Part shown: positions 12,371 through 22,925 of the stretch, one piece after another
How positions within the stretch are numbered: the stretch's first letter is position 1
Layout of the letters: each line of letters opens with the position of its first letter
NCBI RefSeq assembly: GCF_002113885.1
Contig: NW_018408433.1
Location: forward strand, 403,226 to 467,225
Reading direction: 5' to 3'
Source: Mizuhopecten yessoensis
Lineage: Eukaryota
Length of the DNA: 64,000 bases
Translations under genes and position numbers: made by a program
Notes under the pieces: model-generated
What the model saw: the letters and a program-made list of their open reading frames with translations, nothing else
Databases searched by the model: none
Told to the model about the DNA's origin: nothing

Positions 12371-12426
12371 ACAGAGCTGGTCTCGGGGCCAGAGTACCAG
12401 CTCCGGAATCCGAGTGTAAAGGGCCC
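12361..12426 (+). promoter_or_regulatory. -1 programmed ribosomal frameshift signal (G_GUA_AAC plus hairpin/pseudoknot)
   Basis: Heptamer 12361-12367 sits right before the gag UAG. pol is in the -1 frame and open from 12331. After a 6-nt spacer comes stem GAGCTGGT(12374-81)/ACCAGCTC(12396-403); loop GGGCC can pair with GGCCC(12422-26). Confidence 0.75.
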
Positions 12427-12432
12427 GTCATA

Positions 12433-15400
12433 GTGTTGAATACGATTCAACCCAGCTTGTTTGCTGGAATTAGTGTGGGTAGTATAAATTCTAATTTTCT
12501 AGTAGACTCAGGATCTTCAGTGACTTTGATAGATGTTGACTTATACAGCCAATTGGAGGGAAGGTATAAGCCTGAGTTGCGAAGCTGTAATATCAAGCTG
12601 ACAACAGCCTCGGGAAGTAGCATTGTGGTATTTGGGAAGGCGGAGTTTGTATTCCAGTTGGGAGGTCGTAGTTTCATACAAGAAGCTATAGTGGCTACTC
12701 TTCAGAGTCTTCAAGGTATTTTGGGTATTGATTTTCTCTCTGGACATGGGGGAGAATTGAATTTTGGTGATAAGATTCTGAAGCTAGGGGGCCACAGGGT
12801 TAAACTTGGTGCAGAACCTATAAATGGGTGTGCCCATATCAGGGTATCGGAAACTGTTTCTATTCCCAGGAATTCCGAGTGCTACTTTGCAGGGTATGTT
12901 GAAGGAAAGATCGATAGTGAGTTGGGTATAGTTGAGCCCACGAAGCTGGTGTCCACCCAGGGCCTGCTGTTAGCAAAATCATTGATAGCTCCTCAGAAAG
13001 GAGGGGGGATAACTCTGTCTGTCTTAAACCTGACTGATAAGGATATTAAGATTCAGGGTAACACCTTTGTAGGTAGTCTGCAACCTGTTGCGCAGGTGCA
13101 TGAGATAACTGATGGAGGTACAGATTACAATCAAGATTCTAAGTTACCTCCGCATTTACAGGATATGTTGGATAGAACTTCAGACAAGTTGTCTAAGGAT
13201 CAAAAAGGGAAGGTGGGAGAATTATTGCATGAGTACCAGGACATATTTACTGGTCCTGACGGTATACTAGGACGAAGTTCAATAGTTGAGCATACCATAG
13301 ATACACAAGGGGCTCTTCCAATAAAGATGGCACCCAGAAGGATTTCACCTGCACAAAAGGTAGTTGTAGAGCAAGAACTTGATGCTATGCTGGAGAAGGG
13401 AGTCATTGAGCCTAGTTCAAGTCCCTGGTCAGCTCCTGTAGTGCTATGCACTAAGAAGGATGGCTCTGTGCGCTTTTGTATTGATTACCGTCGCTTAAAT
13501 TCCGTCACCCGTAAAAATGCATTTCCCTTGGTAAATATCGAGGAAGCATTATCTGCACTTTCAGGCGCGAAATGGTTTTCAACTCTTGATTTGGCAAGCG
13601 GATATTGGCAGTGTCGCATGGACAAAAATGATAAAGAAAAAACTGCATTTGCCACCCATAAAGGGCTCTATGAATTTAATGTTATGCCCTTCGGGCTTTG
13701 TAATGCCCCCGCAACATTCTCTAGACTTATGCAATTGGTCTTGGGGGGTTTACAGTGGTCAAAATGCCTCTGTTATTTAGATGATGTAATTGTCTTCGGA
13801 ACCACATTCGAGATAGCCATGTTGAGTCTGAAAAGTGTTTTTGAGTGTTTTAGAACTACAAACTTAAAACTTAAACCCAAAAAGTGTACACTTCTACAGA
13901 CACAGGTTTCTTATTTAGGTCATATTGTGTCAGAGGATGGGGTGAGTTGTGATCCTGGGAAAATTACAGCAGTTAAAGATTGGCCAACCCCTACTTCCTC
14001 TGCTGAAATTAGAAGTTTTTTGGGCCTGGCAGGGTACTACAGAAAATTTGTACCAAATTTTGCCGACATATCCAGTCCTTTAACTAAGTTGACTAGGAAA
14101 GGGAAGATATTCAAGTGGGATGATAAGTGTGACAAAGCATTTCAAAAGCTGAAAGACCTGTTGGTGTCCAGTCCTATTCTCTCATACCCTCAGGATTCAG
14201 GCATGTTCATATTAGATTGTGATGCAAGCAATGTGGGGATGGGAGCAGTACTGTCCCAGATACAGGGTGGAGAGGAAAAAGTTCTTAGCTATGCTAGTAA
14301 AACACTGAGCAGGGCTCAGCAGAACTATTGCACTACTCGTAGGGAATTACTGGCTGTGGTTACCTTTTTGAGGCACTTTAAACATTATGTTGGGGGTACC
14401 CATTTCCTCATACGTACTGACCATGCCTCGTTAACTTGGCTTAAAAACTTTAAGGAGCCGGAAGGTATACTAGCCAGGTGGATCAGCGTTATTGATATGT
14501 TTGACTGTGAGATTAGACACAGACCTGGTACTCAACATGGTAATGCTGATGGGTTATCACGCAGACCCTCGAAGCAGTGTGGAAGGGAAGCATGCCCTGA
14601 CTGTGTAGCTTCGGTACATGTTATCTCTACCCCGGAAGACAAAACAAAACCGTCTGTGGGGGAAAGGGATAGTCAAGAGAAATTTACTAACTGGATAGAT
14701 TCTTGGGGGGTGGAGGGTTTAAGGAAGGAGCAGGATAGCGATCCCCACATTACCGCATTTAAACAGCTCAAAAGGGATAGGGATAGTAAACCAAAAAGAA
14801 GTGAGATGAGTGGGTTACCATACGAAGTCCGAGTATACTGCCAAATGTGGGATAGGGTTTCTCTCTCGGAGGATGGGATAGTGTATGTTACCGATTCTGG
14901 GCCAGATGGGAACACAATGTATAGGGTGCTAGCCCCTGTAAGTATTAGGGAACAGATTTTGTCCCAGCTCCATGATAATCGGACATCAGGTCATTTAGGG
15001 AGGGATAAGACAATCTCTCAGATCAGGAGAAGGTTTTATTGGCCTGGCTGGTCTGATGACGTAAGTCGATGGTGCAGAAAATGTGAAGTTTGCGCACGCC
15101 GCAAGCCTGGTCCGGGTAAGGGGAAGGCCCCATTGCAGTCATCCATACACCAGGTTTCCCGTCCCCTAGACAGAATATCTATTGACATTCTTGGTGGTCT
15201 ACCAGTAACATCCCATAACATGCGTTACATCATGGTTGTCTGCGATTACTTCAGTAAGTGGACAGAAGCTTATGCCCTCCCAGATCACACAGCCCTTACA
15301 GTAGCTGATAAGCTGTGCTCCGAGTTTATTAGTAGGTTTGGGGTACCTTACCAAATACATACTGACCGGGGAGGTGAATTTGAAGGGGAACTGTTCACTC

Positions 15401-16206
15401 TATTGTGCCAAAAATTAGGGATTGAGAAAAGTCGTACCACCCCCTATCACCCATCATCCAATGGATTAGTAGAAAGATTCAATAGGACATTGATACAGAT
15501 GTTGTCTACTTTTGTAAACACCCAGTATGACGATTGGGATGATCATTTACCCTATGTTCTGATGGCATATAGAGCTACTAACCAGAGCAGTACAGGCTGT
15601 AGCCCCAATCTTGTTATGTTGGGTAGGGAAGCCACCTGTCCTTTAGATATAGTTGTTGGAGTGCCTGCCCCTGACCAAGACCCTGTGTGTCAAAACATGT
15701 ATGTTAACTGGCTTCAACACAGTATGAGGAATACATTTGATTTTGTGGCCAAAAACTTGCAAGTTGCGGCTGAGAGACAGAAAAATCAGTATGATCAAGG
15801 GTTACGACCCCGTGGTTATGAAGTTGGTGACTTCGTGTGGCGTTGGTACCCACCCGCGTTGTCATGTAAGCTAGGGAAGGGGTGGACAGGTCCTTATAAG
15901 GTAGTTGGAATTTTGTCCGCTTTGACTTATTTAGTACAAAGTAAACCAGGTGTCCGTCCGATGTCTGTCCATGTAGATCACCTAAAACCCTTTGAGGGAA
16001 GGTCTATTCCTGTGGCCTGGAGGGAGGAGGATCAAGGGGAGGATGATGGAATGTCGGATGTGTCCGTTTCCCCGGGGGTTACAGCTGACAATGGCCTTGA
16101 CCTTGCCCAGGAAGTGGGTGTGAAGGACAATTATACGTCAGCTGCGCCTGCAGTAAGTCGTTTCGGGAGGAGAATCAAACCTAAAGTGCTATTCAGCCCC
16201 TCGTAA
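12433..16206 (+). CDS. pol: Pol polyprotein: aspartic protease, reverse transcriptase, RNase H, integrase (frame open from 12331)
   Basis: Protease LVDSGS. RT SPWSAPVV, RFCIDYRRLN, MPFGLCNAPATF, YLDD (13774-13785). RNase H CDAS, RELLA, TDH, ADGLSR. Integrase HHCC, core ISID/HTD/LVERFNRTL, and GPY/F module WTGPY...VHVDHLKPF. Confidence 0.98.
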   Translation: MLNTIQPSLFAGISVGSINSNFLVDSGSSVTLIDVDLYSQLEGRYKPELRSCNIKLTTASGSSIVVFGKAEFVFQLGGRSFIQEAIVATLQSLQGILGIDFLSGHGGELNFGDKILKLGGHRVKLGAEPINGCAHIRVSETVSIPRNSECYFAGYVEGKIDSELGIVEPTKLVSTQGLLLAKSLIAPQKGGGITLSVLNLTDKDIKIQGNTFVGSLQPVAQVHEITDGGTDYNQDSKLPPHLQDMLDRTSDKLSKDQKGKVGELLHEYQDIFTGPDGILGRSSIVEHTIDTQGALPIKMAPRRISPAQKVVVEQELDAMLEKGVIEPSSSPWSAPVVLCTKKDGSVRFCIDYRRLNSVTRKNAFPLVNIEEALSALSGAKWFSTLDLASGYWQCRMDKNDKEKTAFATHKGLYEFNVMPFGLCNAPATFSRLMQLVLGGLQWSKCLCYLDDVIVFGTTFEIAMLSLKSVFECFRTTNLKLKPKKCTLLQTQVSYLGHIVSEDGVSCDPGKITAVKDWPTPTSSAEIRSFLGLAGYYRKFVPNFADISSPLTKLTRKGKIFKWDDKCDKAFQKLKDLLVSSPILSYPQDSGMFILDCDASNVGMGAVLSQIQGGEEKVLSYASKTLSRAQQNYCTTRRELLAVVTFLRHFKHYVGGTHFLIRTDHASLTWLKNFKEPEGILARWISVIDMFDCEIRHRPGTQHGNADGLSRRPSKQCGREACPDCVASVHVISTPEDKTKPSVGERDSQEKFTNWIDSWGVEGLRKEQDSDPHITAFKQLKRDRDSKPKRSEMSGLPYEVRVYCQMWDRVSLSEDGIVYVTDSGPDGNTMYRVLAPVSIREQILSQLHDNRTSGHLGRDKTISQIRRRFYWPGWSDDVSRWCRKCEVCARRKPGPGKGKAPLQSSIHQVSRPLDRISIDILGGLPVTSHNMRYIMVVCDYFSKWTEAYALPDHTALTVADKLCSEFISRFGVPYQIHTDRGGEFEGELFTLLCQKLGIEKSRTTPYHPSSNGLVERFNRTLIQMLSTFVNTQYDDWDDHLPYVLMAYRATNQSSTGCSPNLVMLGREATCPLDIVVGVPAPDQDPVCQNMYVNWLQHSMRNTFDFVAKNLQVAAERQKNQYDQGLRPRGYEVGDFVWRWYPPALSCKLGKGWTGPYKVVGILSALTYLVQSKPGVRPMSVHVDHLKPFEGRSIPVAWREEDQGEDDGMSDVSVSPGVTADNGLDLAQEVGVKDNYTSAAPAVSRFGRRIKPKVLFSPS

Positions 16207-16350
16207 CGTTTGTCATGTATTTCCTTGTGGTGTGTCTTCTATGTGTCTGGATGCTGTAAATAGTAAAAGGTAGAGAAACAAAAAAAAAAAAATGAGAAAA
16301 GAAGGAAAAAAAGAGGTAATTCTGTTGTGTACTTTTAGAAGGCTAAAAGC

Positions 16351-16373
16351 CTGATTTCATGTTTGTATTGTAG
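16351..16373 (+). promoter_or_regulatory. Putative splice acceptor for ORF3
   Basis: CTGAT branch-point-like motif, T-rich tract and TGTAG, ending 2 nt before the ORF3 ATG. Confidence 0.5.
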
Positions 16374-16375
16374 AA

Positions 16376-16828
16376 ATGGATATTCTGGAAATCAATACCT
16401 CCCTGCAGGATTTGGCATCGGTAAACCGGGATTTGAGGCCGGTGTGGGTAGCGGAGGGTATGTCTTGTCCTGTGTCATCCTGTGGGACAAGATTATATAA
16501 AACTTATAGTGCCATGCTCCAGCATTGGGCGGAAGTCCATGCCAGGACAGTTGAGTTACTGGGGTGTCCCAGGTGTGGATTCCACCATGTGAGGCGGAAC
16601 CAGGTGGTCCGCCATATCCGACGGCAACATGGGTTGGGGATGCAGGAAGCCAGTAGGCTGATGGGGGTTTCGGGGTCTGCCTGCCGAACCCTCAATAAAC
16701 GGCATGTGCCCTCGGAGGGGATGAGCATACCTGTGAAGAGTGCACCTGCAGAAAGATGCTCAGTTGAGGGATGCTGGGAGGGGGATGACGCCTCCTTATT
16801 AGTCATGTTTGATGACCTGTTCCATTGA
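16376..16828 (+). CDS. Retrotransposon ORF3: 150-aa protein with two C2H2-type zinc fingers
   Basis: CPVSSC-x13-HWAEVH (16466-16540) and CPRC-x12-HIRRQH (16565-16630). ATG start, GC-rich composition like pol, and located between the pol stop and the PPT. Confidence 0.75.
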   Translation: MDILEINTSLQDLASVNRDLRPVWVAEGMSCPVSSCGTRLYKTYSAMLQHWAEVHARTVELLGCPRCGFHHVRRNQVVRHIRRQHGLGMQEASRLMGVSGSACRTLNKRHVPSEGMSIPVKSAPAERCSVEGCWEGDDASLLVMFDDLFH

Positions 16829-17057
16829 CTGTAATCGGAACAAAGTCAATGTCTATGGACTAAGTTAATTTTATTTTATATATGGCTTTACTGTTATTGT
16901 TATATTGAATATTGTTATTATTGTTGGATTTATTGTAATTATATATATAAGGACGTTACCGTTGTCGAGAAATATTTACGGTATATATAGTTTTGCTAGA
17001 TCTTTACTAAAGGCGAATAGTACAAGAATTAGAAAATAGTATAACTATTTTCTTATT

Positions 17058-17068
17058 GGAAAGGGAGG
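17058..17068 (+). other. Polypurine tract (PPT)
   Basis: GGAAAGGGAGG directly before TGTGTGAAAG. Confidence 0.75.
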
Positions 17069-17070
17069 TG

Positions 17071-17784
17071 TGTGAAAGTCGAGAGTATTATGAAACCTGG
17101 CCAGGTGGTTGCGAATGGGTATGAGTGATTATATATATAAGGATTGTGTTGGTGAAAGTGTCTGGATGAAAGCCTGAATGAAAGGGGTATAAGAAAGTTA
17201 TCGCATATATATCTACCGTGGGTGTTCGACGTATGTGTTACCGCTGCTATTGGGACTCTGTGTTGTTATCCGGGCTTTTACTCTTTCTAACTTCCTTCCT
17301 TATTTTAGTAACCGGTGTTTTCATTGGATGACCCCTACTCTGTGGTAAAACCGTTCTGATTGGCTACCGTGGTCTACATAACATACCCACACATGGGAAC
17401 TTGTGGAGCTGTACCAATAGCCTCGGCTGGGTATCTCCGTCTTTCTCTGTCTCTTGTCATGTGTTGTGCTGTCATTATCTTCTGACCGGTCCGTGGTGCT
17501 AGGTGGGTGTTTGTGTGTTTCTGTACTGTCCGGGGAAAGCCTTGCTAGCTGCCCGCTGTGTTTATACCGTCATGTAGTGTGTTTGTTTACACCTTTCCCG
17601 TACATGTCCCAGTAGTAGCCGGGTAGGGGTTGAATAGCTTGTGTCGTCTGTGTATGTATGTTATATGCTCTATGTAATAAATCTATTAAATGTTATACAC
17701 TATGTGAGTTGTTTGTAATGGAAACCCTGGAACCCCAGGCTCAATGAACCTGGGTAAGCAAAGCCAGGACTTGCTCCTGCTACA
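17071..17784 (+). repeat. 3' LTR (~714 bp, TGT...ACA)
   Basis: Starts after the PPT with TGT (17069 or 17071) and ends GCTACA where host sequence resumes; AATAAA at 17676-17681. There is no second LTR in the window to confirm the limits. Confidence 0.75.
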
Positions 17785-18702
17785 GACCTACCTACCGTTC
17801 CCGTGTGAAACACACTATCAGTAAAGATTAAACCGATATATAAAATATCACGTGACCTTCTTATGCTTCATATTATATCTTTTTCTATAGTATTCCTTTG
17901 ATAGACGCATACTAGTACCTTGTAGATGGCGTTGATAGGCTTTTCCTACATAATTTCTTTTCTATATATTTCATGTCATTTATTGAAATGAAACAGGCTA
18001 TATTTCGCTTTTAATTTATATGCTATCTTTTTATATTATTTTGTAACTTTATTTCTTGAGGATAAAAAGCATGTTTAGCTAAAAGGCAAGTCTCCCATAT
18101 GGTCTATTTGTTAGTAAAATACACGTGTTTGTTAAAAGATGAATATTAATTATTGACACAAACGTAATGTGTCATATCATATTACAGTAACCTTCATAAA
18201 AATGTCACATAATACATAGTTTCGAGCAAAAGTGTTTCGTCAGTTAAATGGAAAAATCTATTATTGCTAAAGTGATACAAACACTATCTTATTTTGGAAC
18301 GTTAAAGCAAATTTGATATTCACCTCGTCATACACAACATGGTCTTGAGTTAATCTACGTTCATATATACATCAAAGAGCTCATAAAAAAAACTGTCACT
18401 CGGTTGACGTCACACAAATTATCTTTATTTAGTTTTGGTCCCAGTTGATACAATCTTATGACAATGATAAAGCCTGCGTAAAAAGTAAAGGATTTAGGTT
18501 TGCATTTTTTTTCAAAAGCTTTATCATTAAAGTGCATCTGTAAACATCAATCTAGCTTTTAGGGTGTTCGGTTGACGTCAGACTATTATTATTATTCATG
18601 GTATCTATTCAAATGTTATTACATCCTTTAATGTTGTAAACCTAATAAGTTGTCCTGTACACAGATTGTATACAACACATCGTCCGTCAACTGTCCGAAA
18701 TA

Positions 18703-18866
18703 NNNNNNNNNNNNNNNNNNNNNNNNNNNNNNNNNNNNNNNNNNNNNNNNNNNNNNNNNNNNNNNNNNNNNNNNNNNNNNNNNNNNNNNNNNNNNNNNNN
18801 NNNNNNNNNNNNNNNNNNNNNNNNNNNNNNNNNNNNNNNNNNNNNNNNNNNNNNNNNNNNNNNNNN
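18703..18866. other. Assembly gap (164 N)
   Basis: Run of n; corresponds to the ~56-bp (ATC)n-containing segment of copy A. Confidence 0.99.
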
Positions 18867-20589
18867 TCGCAGGAGGTAAATATTCGTCTCTTTGGTGTAC
18901 TGATCTGGTTGAACCCACTTGAATAGCAAGTAACTTGTGGCCACTTGTGTAGCCTTATCATTTAAATAAAATTTGTACTGGGAGTTACAAAAATAGTAAG
19001 ATAGTTTAATAGATTCAGGGTGCACGCTAACTACTACTTTAGTAGCCCGATCTATTTCTCATTTTCACTAATCCCGACATGACTGTGGATCCAAATTATG
19101 ATCCTGTTGCTTATTTGGTCGCAACTGTATCTCTTTAACGCTTTAATATGAAAAGGTCTTTAAACTTAAGTTAGATTCATTTAAACATCTTCACATGCTA
19201 TTTAAATAACATAAGAAACGTTCTGTATGATTAAAAACGCTGATATGAAATTTAAACACCACTTTAGAATTTGAAAGGTCGTTAAATGACTTAAATCATC
19301 AGAAAGGATTGCATGAAACTTTAAAAAAAAAAACGATTTAAGAGGTGTTATGTGTTGGTCTGGATCGAATTGCAAAGAATGACGAACGATATTTTTGTAT
19401 TTAAAGTATTATAAAAATACATCAGTTTTAATATTTCGCACTACACCGATCTTTTTAAGCAGATAACATACCTGTGTATCCTTCCATACCATAATTAGTT
19501 ACCACTGAACAAAACTTGTTTGTGGGGTATCTTTATCTTTATCCTAGCCAATGCGATCCGTACCGAACAACACTAGCCTTTGAATGGTATATGTACCTAA
19601 ACTATCCTGGATGTGTTCTTGTTCAAATGAGTTTTACTACCGCCATTGACGTTATAGATTATTGTGGGATCGGATTGTTGTCCATTATCTACACATCTGC
19701 AGTTCGGTCCGTGCTTATTAAGAGTATTGTTACTCTCGTTATCCACAAGATGAAGGCATTATATGTCTGTCAGTATTGTAAGCTGTACTTGTACGCTATT
19801 TACACGACACCTCTCAGCAATTGACCTTTTGGGTACACACCTGCGTTTAATCCTATCATCTTAATGACGCGTAATTGAGACAAGTCAACACATAAATAAA
19901 ACTACCTCTCGTACACATCGAACTGGGGGTATAGTCAAAGTCTCTGTTGTTCTGGATAATCTCGGTTGTCACGTAAGTCAAATAAACCCCTAATACCTTG
20001 TGCATTTGTTTGCTGATCAAAGGCTAACGGCAATCATTGTATGGCCATTGAGTTTCGTAGATAACGAAGTCTAGCGACCTATGTGTTAAGAAAGATAAAC
20101 GTTAGACACACACTGGTGGTTGCACAATTAAAATTGGTAATAATACAGCAAACCGAAATTGAATTACCCTGCATCATGCTGCTGTTTCGTCCATTTTGTT
20201 GCAATTCTGTAAATTGCTTGTCAAAGGGTATCCAGCAATGTACATGTATGTTTACAACGATCAATTCCCTGTTTATCATGATTCAAACACTTTAAAGTGT
20301 AGGTTGTGTTAGTACAAGAATATATTTTTGTGAAGCGAGTAAGTATGACTGTATTTGTACGTTAAGCGGGTTGGAGTACATTAATGTCGCTGACAGAAAA
20401 GTGATTTTTAATGAAACAAATTAAACCCGATTAAGATACTTTCCCCATATCAAATAGTCTTCTCTGCAATCCGATGATTATTATACCTTCATATTTTATT
20501 TACATCATTTTAAGATTGTTTTGTATTGGCAGAATTTGTTCAAAAGTCAAATATAAGCCTTTCATAAAATATCACGACAGGCAATATAG

Positions 20590-20780
20590 AGGGTAGTCGT
20601 GTGGAACGGCTGAAAGCATTGTTTTCTATTGCCAAGATGGCATTTCTTCGACCCCTAGGCAAAGGAAGAAATTGGGTCACTTGTCCCAAAACGTGAAAAT
20701 TATTCGTTTACTCCGGTTTCCTCCCACATTAAGACGCTGTGTACGCTTTCATCCCGGCCAACAGAGGTGATTAATATAAT
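20590..20780 (+). mobile_element. Degenerate V-domain SINE fragment
   Basis: tactccggtttcctcccac (~20710-20728) is a V-domain-like motif downstream of a decayed tRNA-like head. Confidence 0.45.
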
Positions 20781-21545
20781 ATGGTGAAATTCGTTGAATG
20801 ATTGTCGCAATATATCTAATCGTTTGATCGCATAGTTGTTTTGATTTAGATTGTTTTAAATATGTTATGATTCATTTTATGTTTATATATACGCTATATG
20901 TGTGCGAAATATGACATCATTTTTTCGCGTATAGTATTATTGACATTTATACTTATGACAAGCTTCAGTATCGATTTAAGCTTTTGCCAAGATAATTACA
21001 GGACAGGTGACCTCACGCACGCTATCATTGCACGAGGATAATGCGTGCGGTTAGTCATATGTTTGTGTCTTTGACATTGATGACAGGCGATTTTAATACG
21101 TAGTATCATAGCAGGAAAAGAAAGATAATGCACATGCTGATTGTGTAAGCTATATGTAAATAATATGGAGAGTCAGCAAAAGTAGCCAATAACTTATCTA
21201 TTTCTATTGTTGCTTTTAAAGTGCATCATTCAAAGAATTCTATCACGACTCCAGCACCTTTGCGTTGGTAAATTTTACAGTAGAAATAACTTTTGGTTCA
21301 TAGAGTGTATTTAATAGTTTGTACCAATTTAACTTTTTAACAACATTTAATTACTATGAACAAAAATATCGCTTTGAATTCTTATTTTTTTTACATATCC
21401 CTACTTGATGGCAAAATATGTACAAGCACTGGCAAAGGTAAAGCTTGATATAAGTTGTTATGACATGACAGCATATCAGATGATCTTACTGGTATATCAG
21501 CGTTATTCAGTATCATTTTTCTATCCATTACTAACAAGTATACGA

Positions 21546-21641
21546 ATGATTTATCAATCAATTGCCGACAGTAATAACACGAATTCTGGAAGGGGTTCAA
21601 CAATAGGTAGAGAGAGCTTTGTTGATTCCTCTCTACTGGCT
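21546..21641 (+). CDS. Candidate first coding exon (extracellular N-terminus) of the CCAP/NPS-type receptor
   Basis: MIYQSIADSNNTNSGRGSTIGRESFVDSSLLA has an N-glycosylation sequon and ends at a phase-0 GTAAGT (21642), matching the phase-0 acceptor at 48811. The frame is open from 21405, so the start may lie further upstream. Confidence 0.35.
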
Positions 21642-22719
21642 GTAAGTGATACAAATGTCCCTGTCATTGTAAATAACACATTTCTTGTATCTTGTCATAT
21701 CGATCCAGTTGGTAGGACAGTTGGTCAATGTTAGACGCACCAGCAGGCAAGTTGACGGTACATTTTGGTGACAGAAGATTCAGTTTGGAAGATAACGATA
21801 TAAAGTTCGCAAATTATTTGTATCCAGTTGTGTACACTCTATGAACAAATACATGCAAGCCAGCGAAATGAAAATATCAGCAATGACTTATGCAACTTAT
21901 AAGAATTGATTAAAATAAATATAAAACATATAAAAGCAGGTCATAAAATCTGCGTATAGGAAAAATAGGGAAAACATTGTTTACCGGTTAAGCTTTCGAG
22001 ATGAGAATATCTGCCTTACTTTATAAGTTGCATCCAATGTTGCTACGCTCAAGATCAACTCTTTAAAATATATTTGTTTTTTTATACAAAATGTTGAATG
22101 ACGTCTACCGTAGTAACGTACTTATACCAATTCATGTTATATCAAGAGTTTTTTTGGTTTTACAAATTCGCTTAAAAGTAGGATTCGTGTAATATTACCT
22201 AACGACTCGCAGTTATTCTAGAAATCGGTCGGATAATGAGGTACTCCTTTTTTTGTATGATTCAGAATACTGCCTTCAACCACACACTGCGTCTGAGAGC
22301 ACCAGCTTAACTTGCTTTCTCACTTATCTTTAGTTTCCACTATATGCAGCATTCCACGTGATCAAAAACTTGCAAGGATAACTGTACAGTTTATAGTCTT
22401 TCTTTGTAAATGGAATGACTATTTAAGGTTTGTGCGATTTTAGAGTCATCAAAACGATTACAAAAATTACATTTCACAATCGTTTTAAATTTAAAAACTG
22501 ATATTATTTTGAGAAAAACGGTCTTTAGATTCTGGTTACATCTTTTTTGAACCGTAACAACCAGTCGAACTTGAATATTCAGTCGATTTTGTTTTGAAAA
22601 CATTAAAGAAACAGACCGATACATAGGTCTAATTTTCTCTCTCTCAGAAATATAGTTAAAGTTATACAAACATACAATCCTAAAATGCGATTGGTTATTT
22701 GTATATTTTTTAAGTCCTA

Positions 22720-22925
22720 TCAACAGTTTAGGTCATTTAAGGATGTGCCTCCATGTGTGTTGTGAATGCCTGCCTGTGTGTATGTATGCCGGAGACCGGG
22801 AATGTTGTTGTATTTGCTTCATTGTGATAGCGCAGATTTCATGCCGAATTTATAGTCCTATGTCACTTTACCATGCCAAATGTACCAAACACAGCATTCC
22901 GTCACATTATACTGGAAACGGGTGA
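22720..22925 (-). mobile_element. SINE fragment (main family, 3' part)
   Basis: ggtcatttaagga...gtgatagcgcag...gtcacattatactg matches ~34746-34945. Confidence 0.65.

Larger units (their letters stand above)
11242..17784 (+). mobile_element. Ty3/Gypsy (Metaviridae) LTR retrotransposon, 5'-truncated, gag-pol-ORF3-PPT-LTR
   Basis: Domain order PR-RT-RH-INT. Boundaries come from comparison with the empty site in copy A (tagatcgaatg|gtacata|gacctacc at ~8321-8346). Confidence 0.95.
9945..19506 (+). repeat. Tandem segmental duplication, copy B (interrupted by the Gypsy element)
   Basis: 9945-11241 matches 7229-8331, and 17785-19498 matches 8339-9939. Confidence 0.95.

Noticed and set aside
16376-16828. 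ORF3 as an env gene
   Set aside because: Too short, with no signal peptide, furin site or transmembrane anchor; it has C2H2 motifs instead.
18605-19025. ORFs spanning the N run
   Set aside because: Artefacts of the assembly gap.
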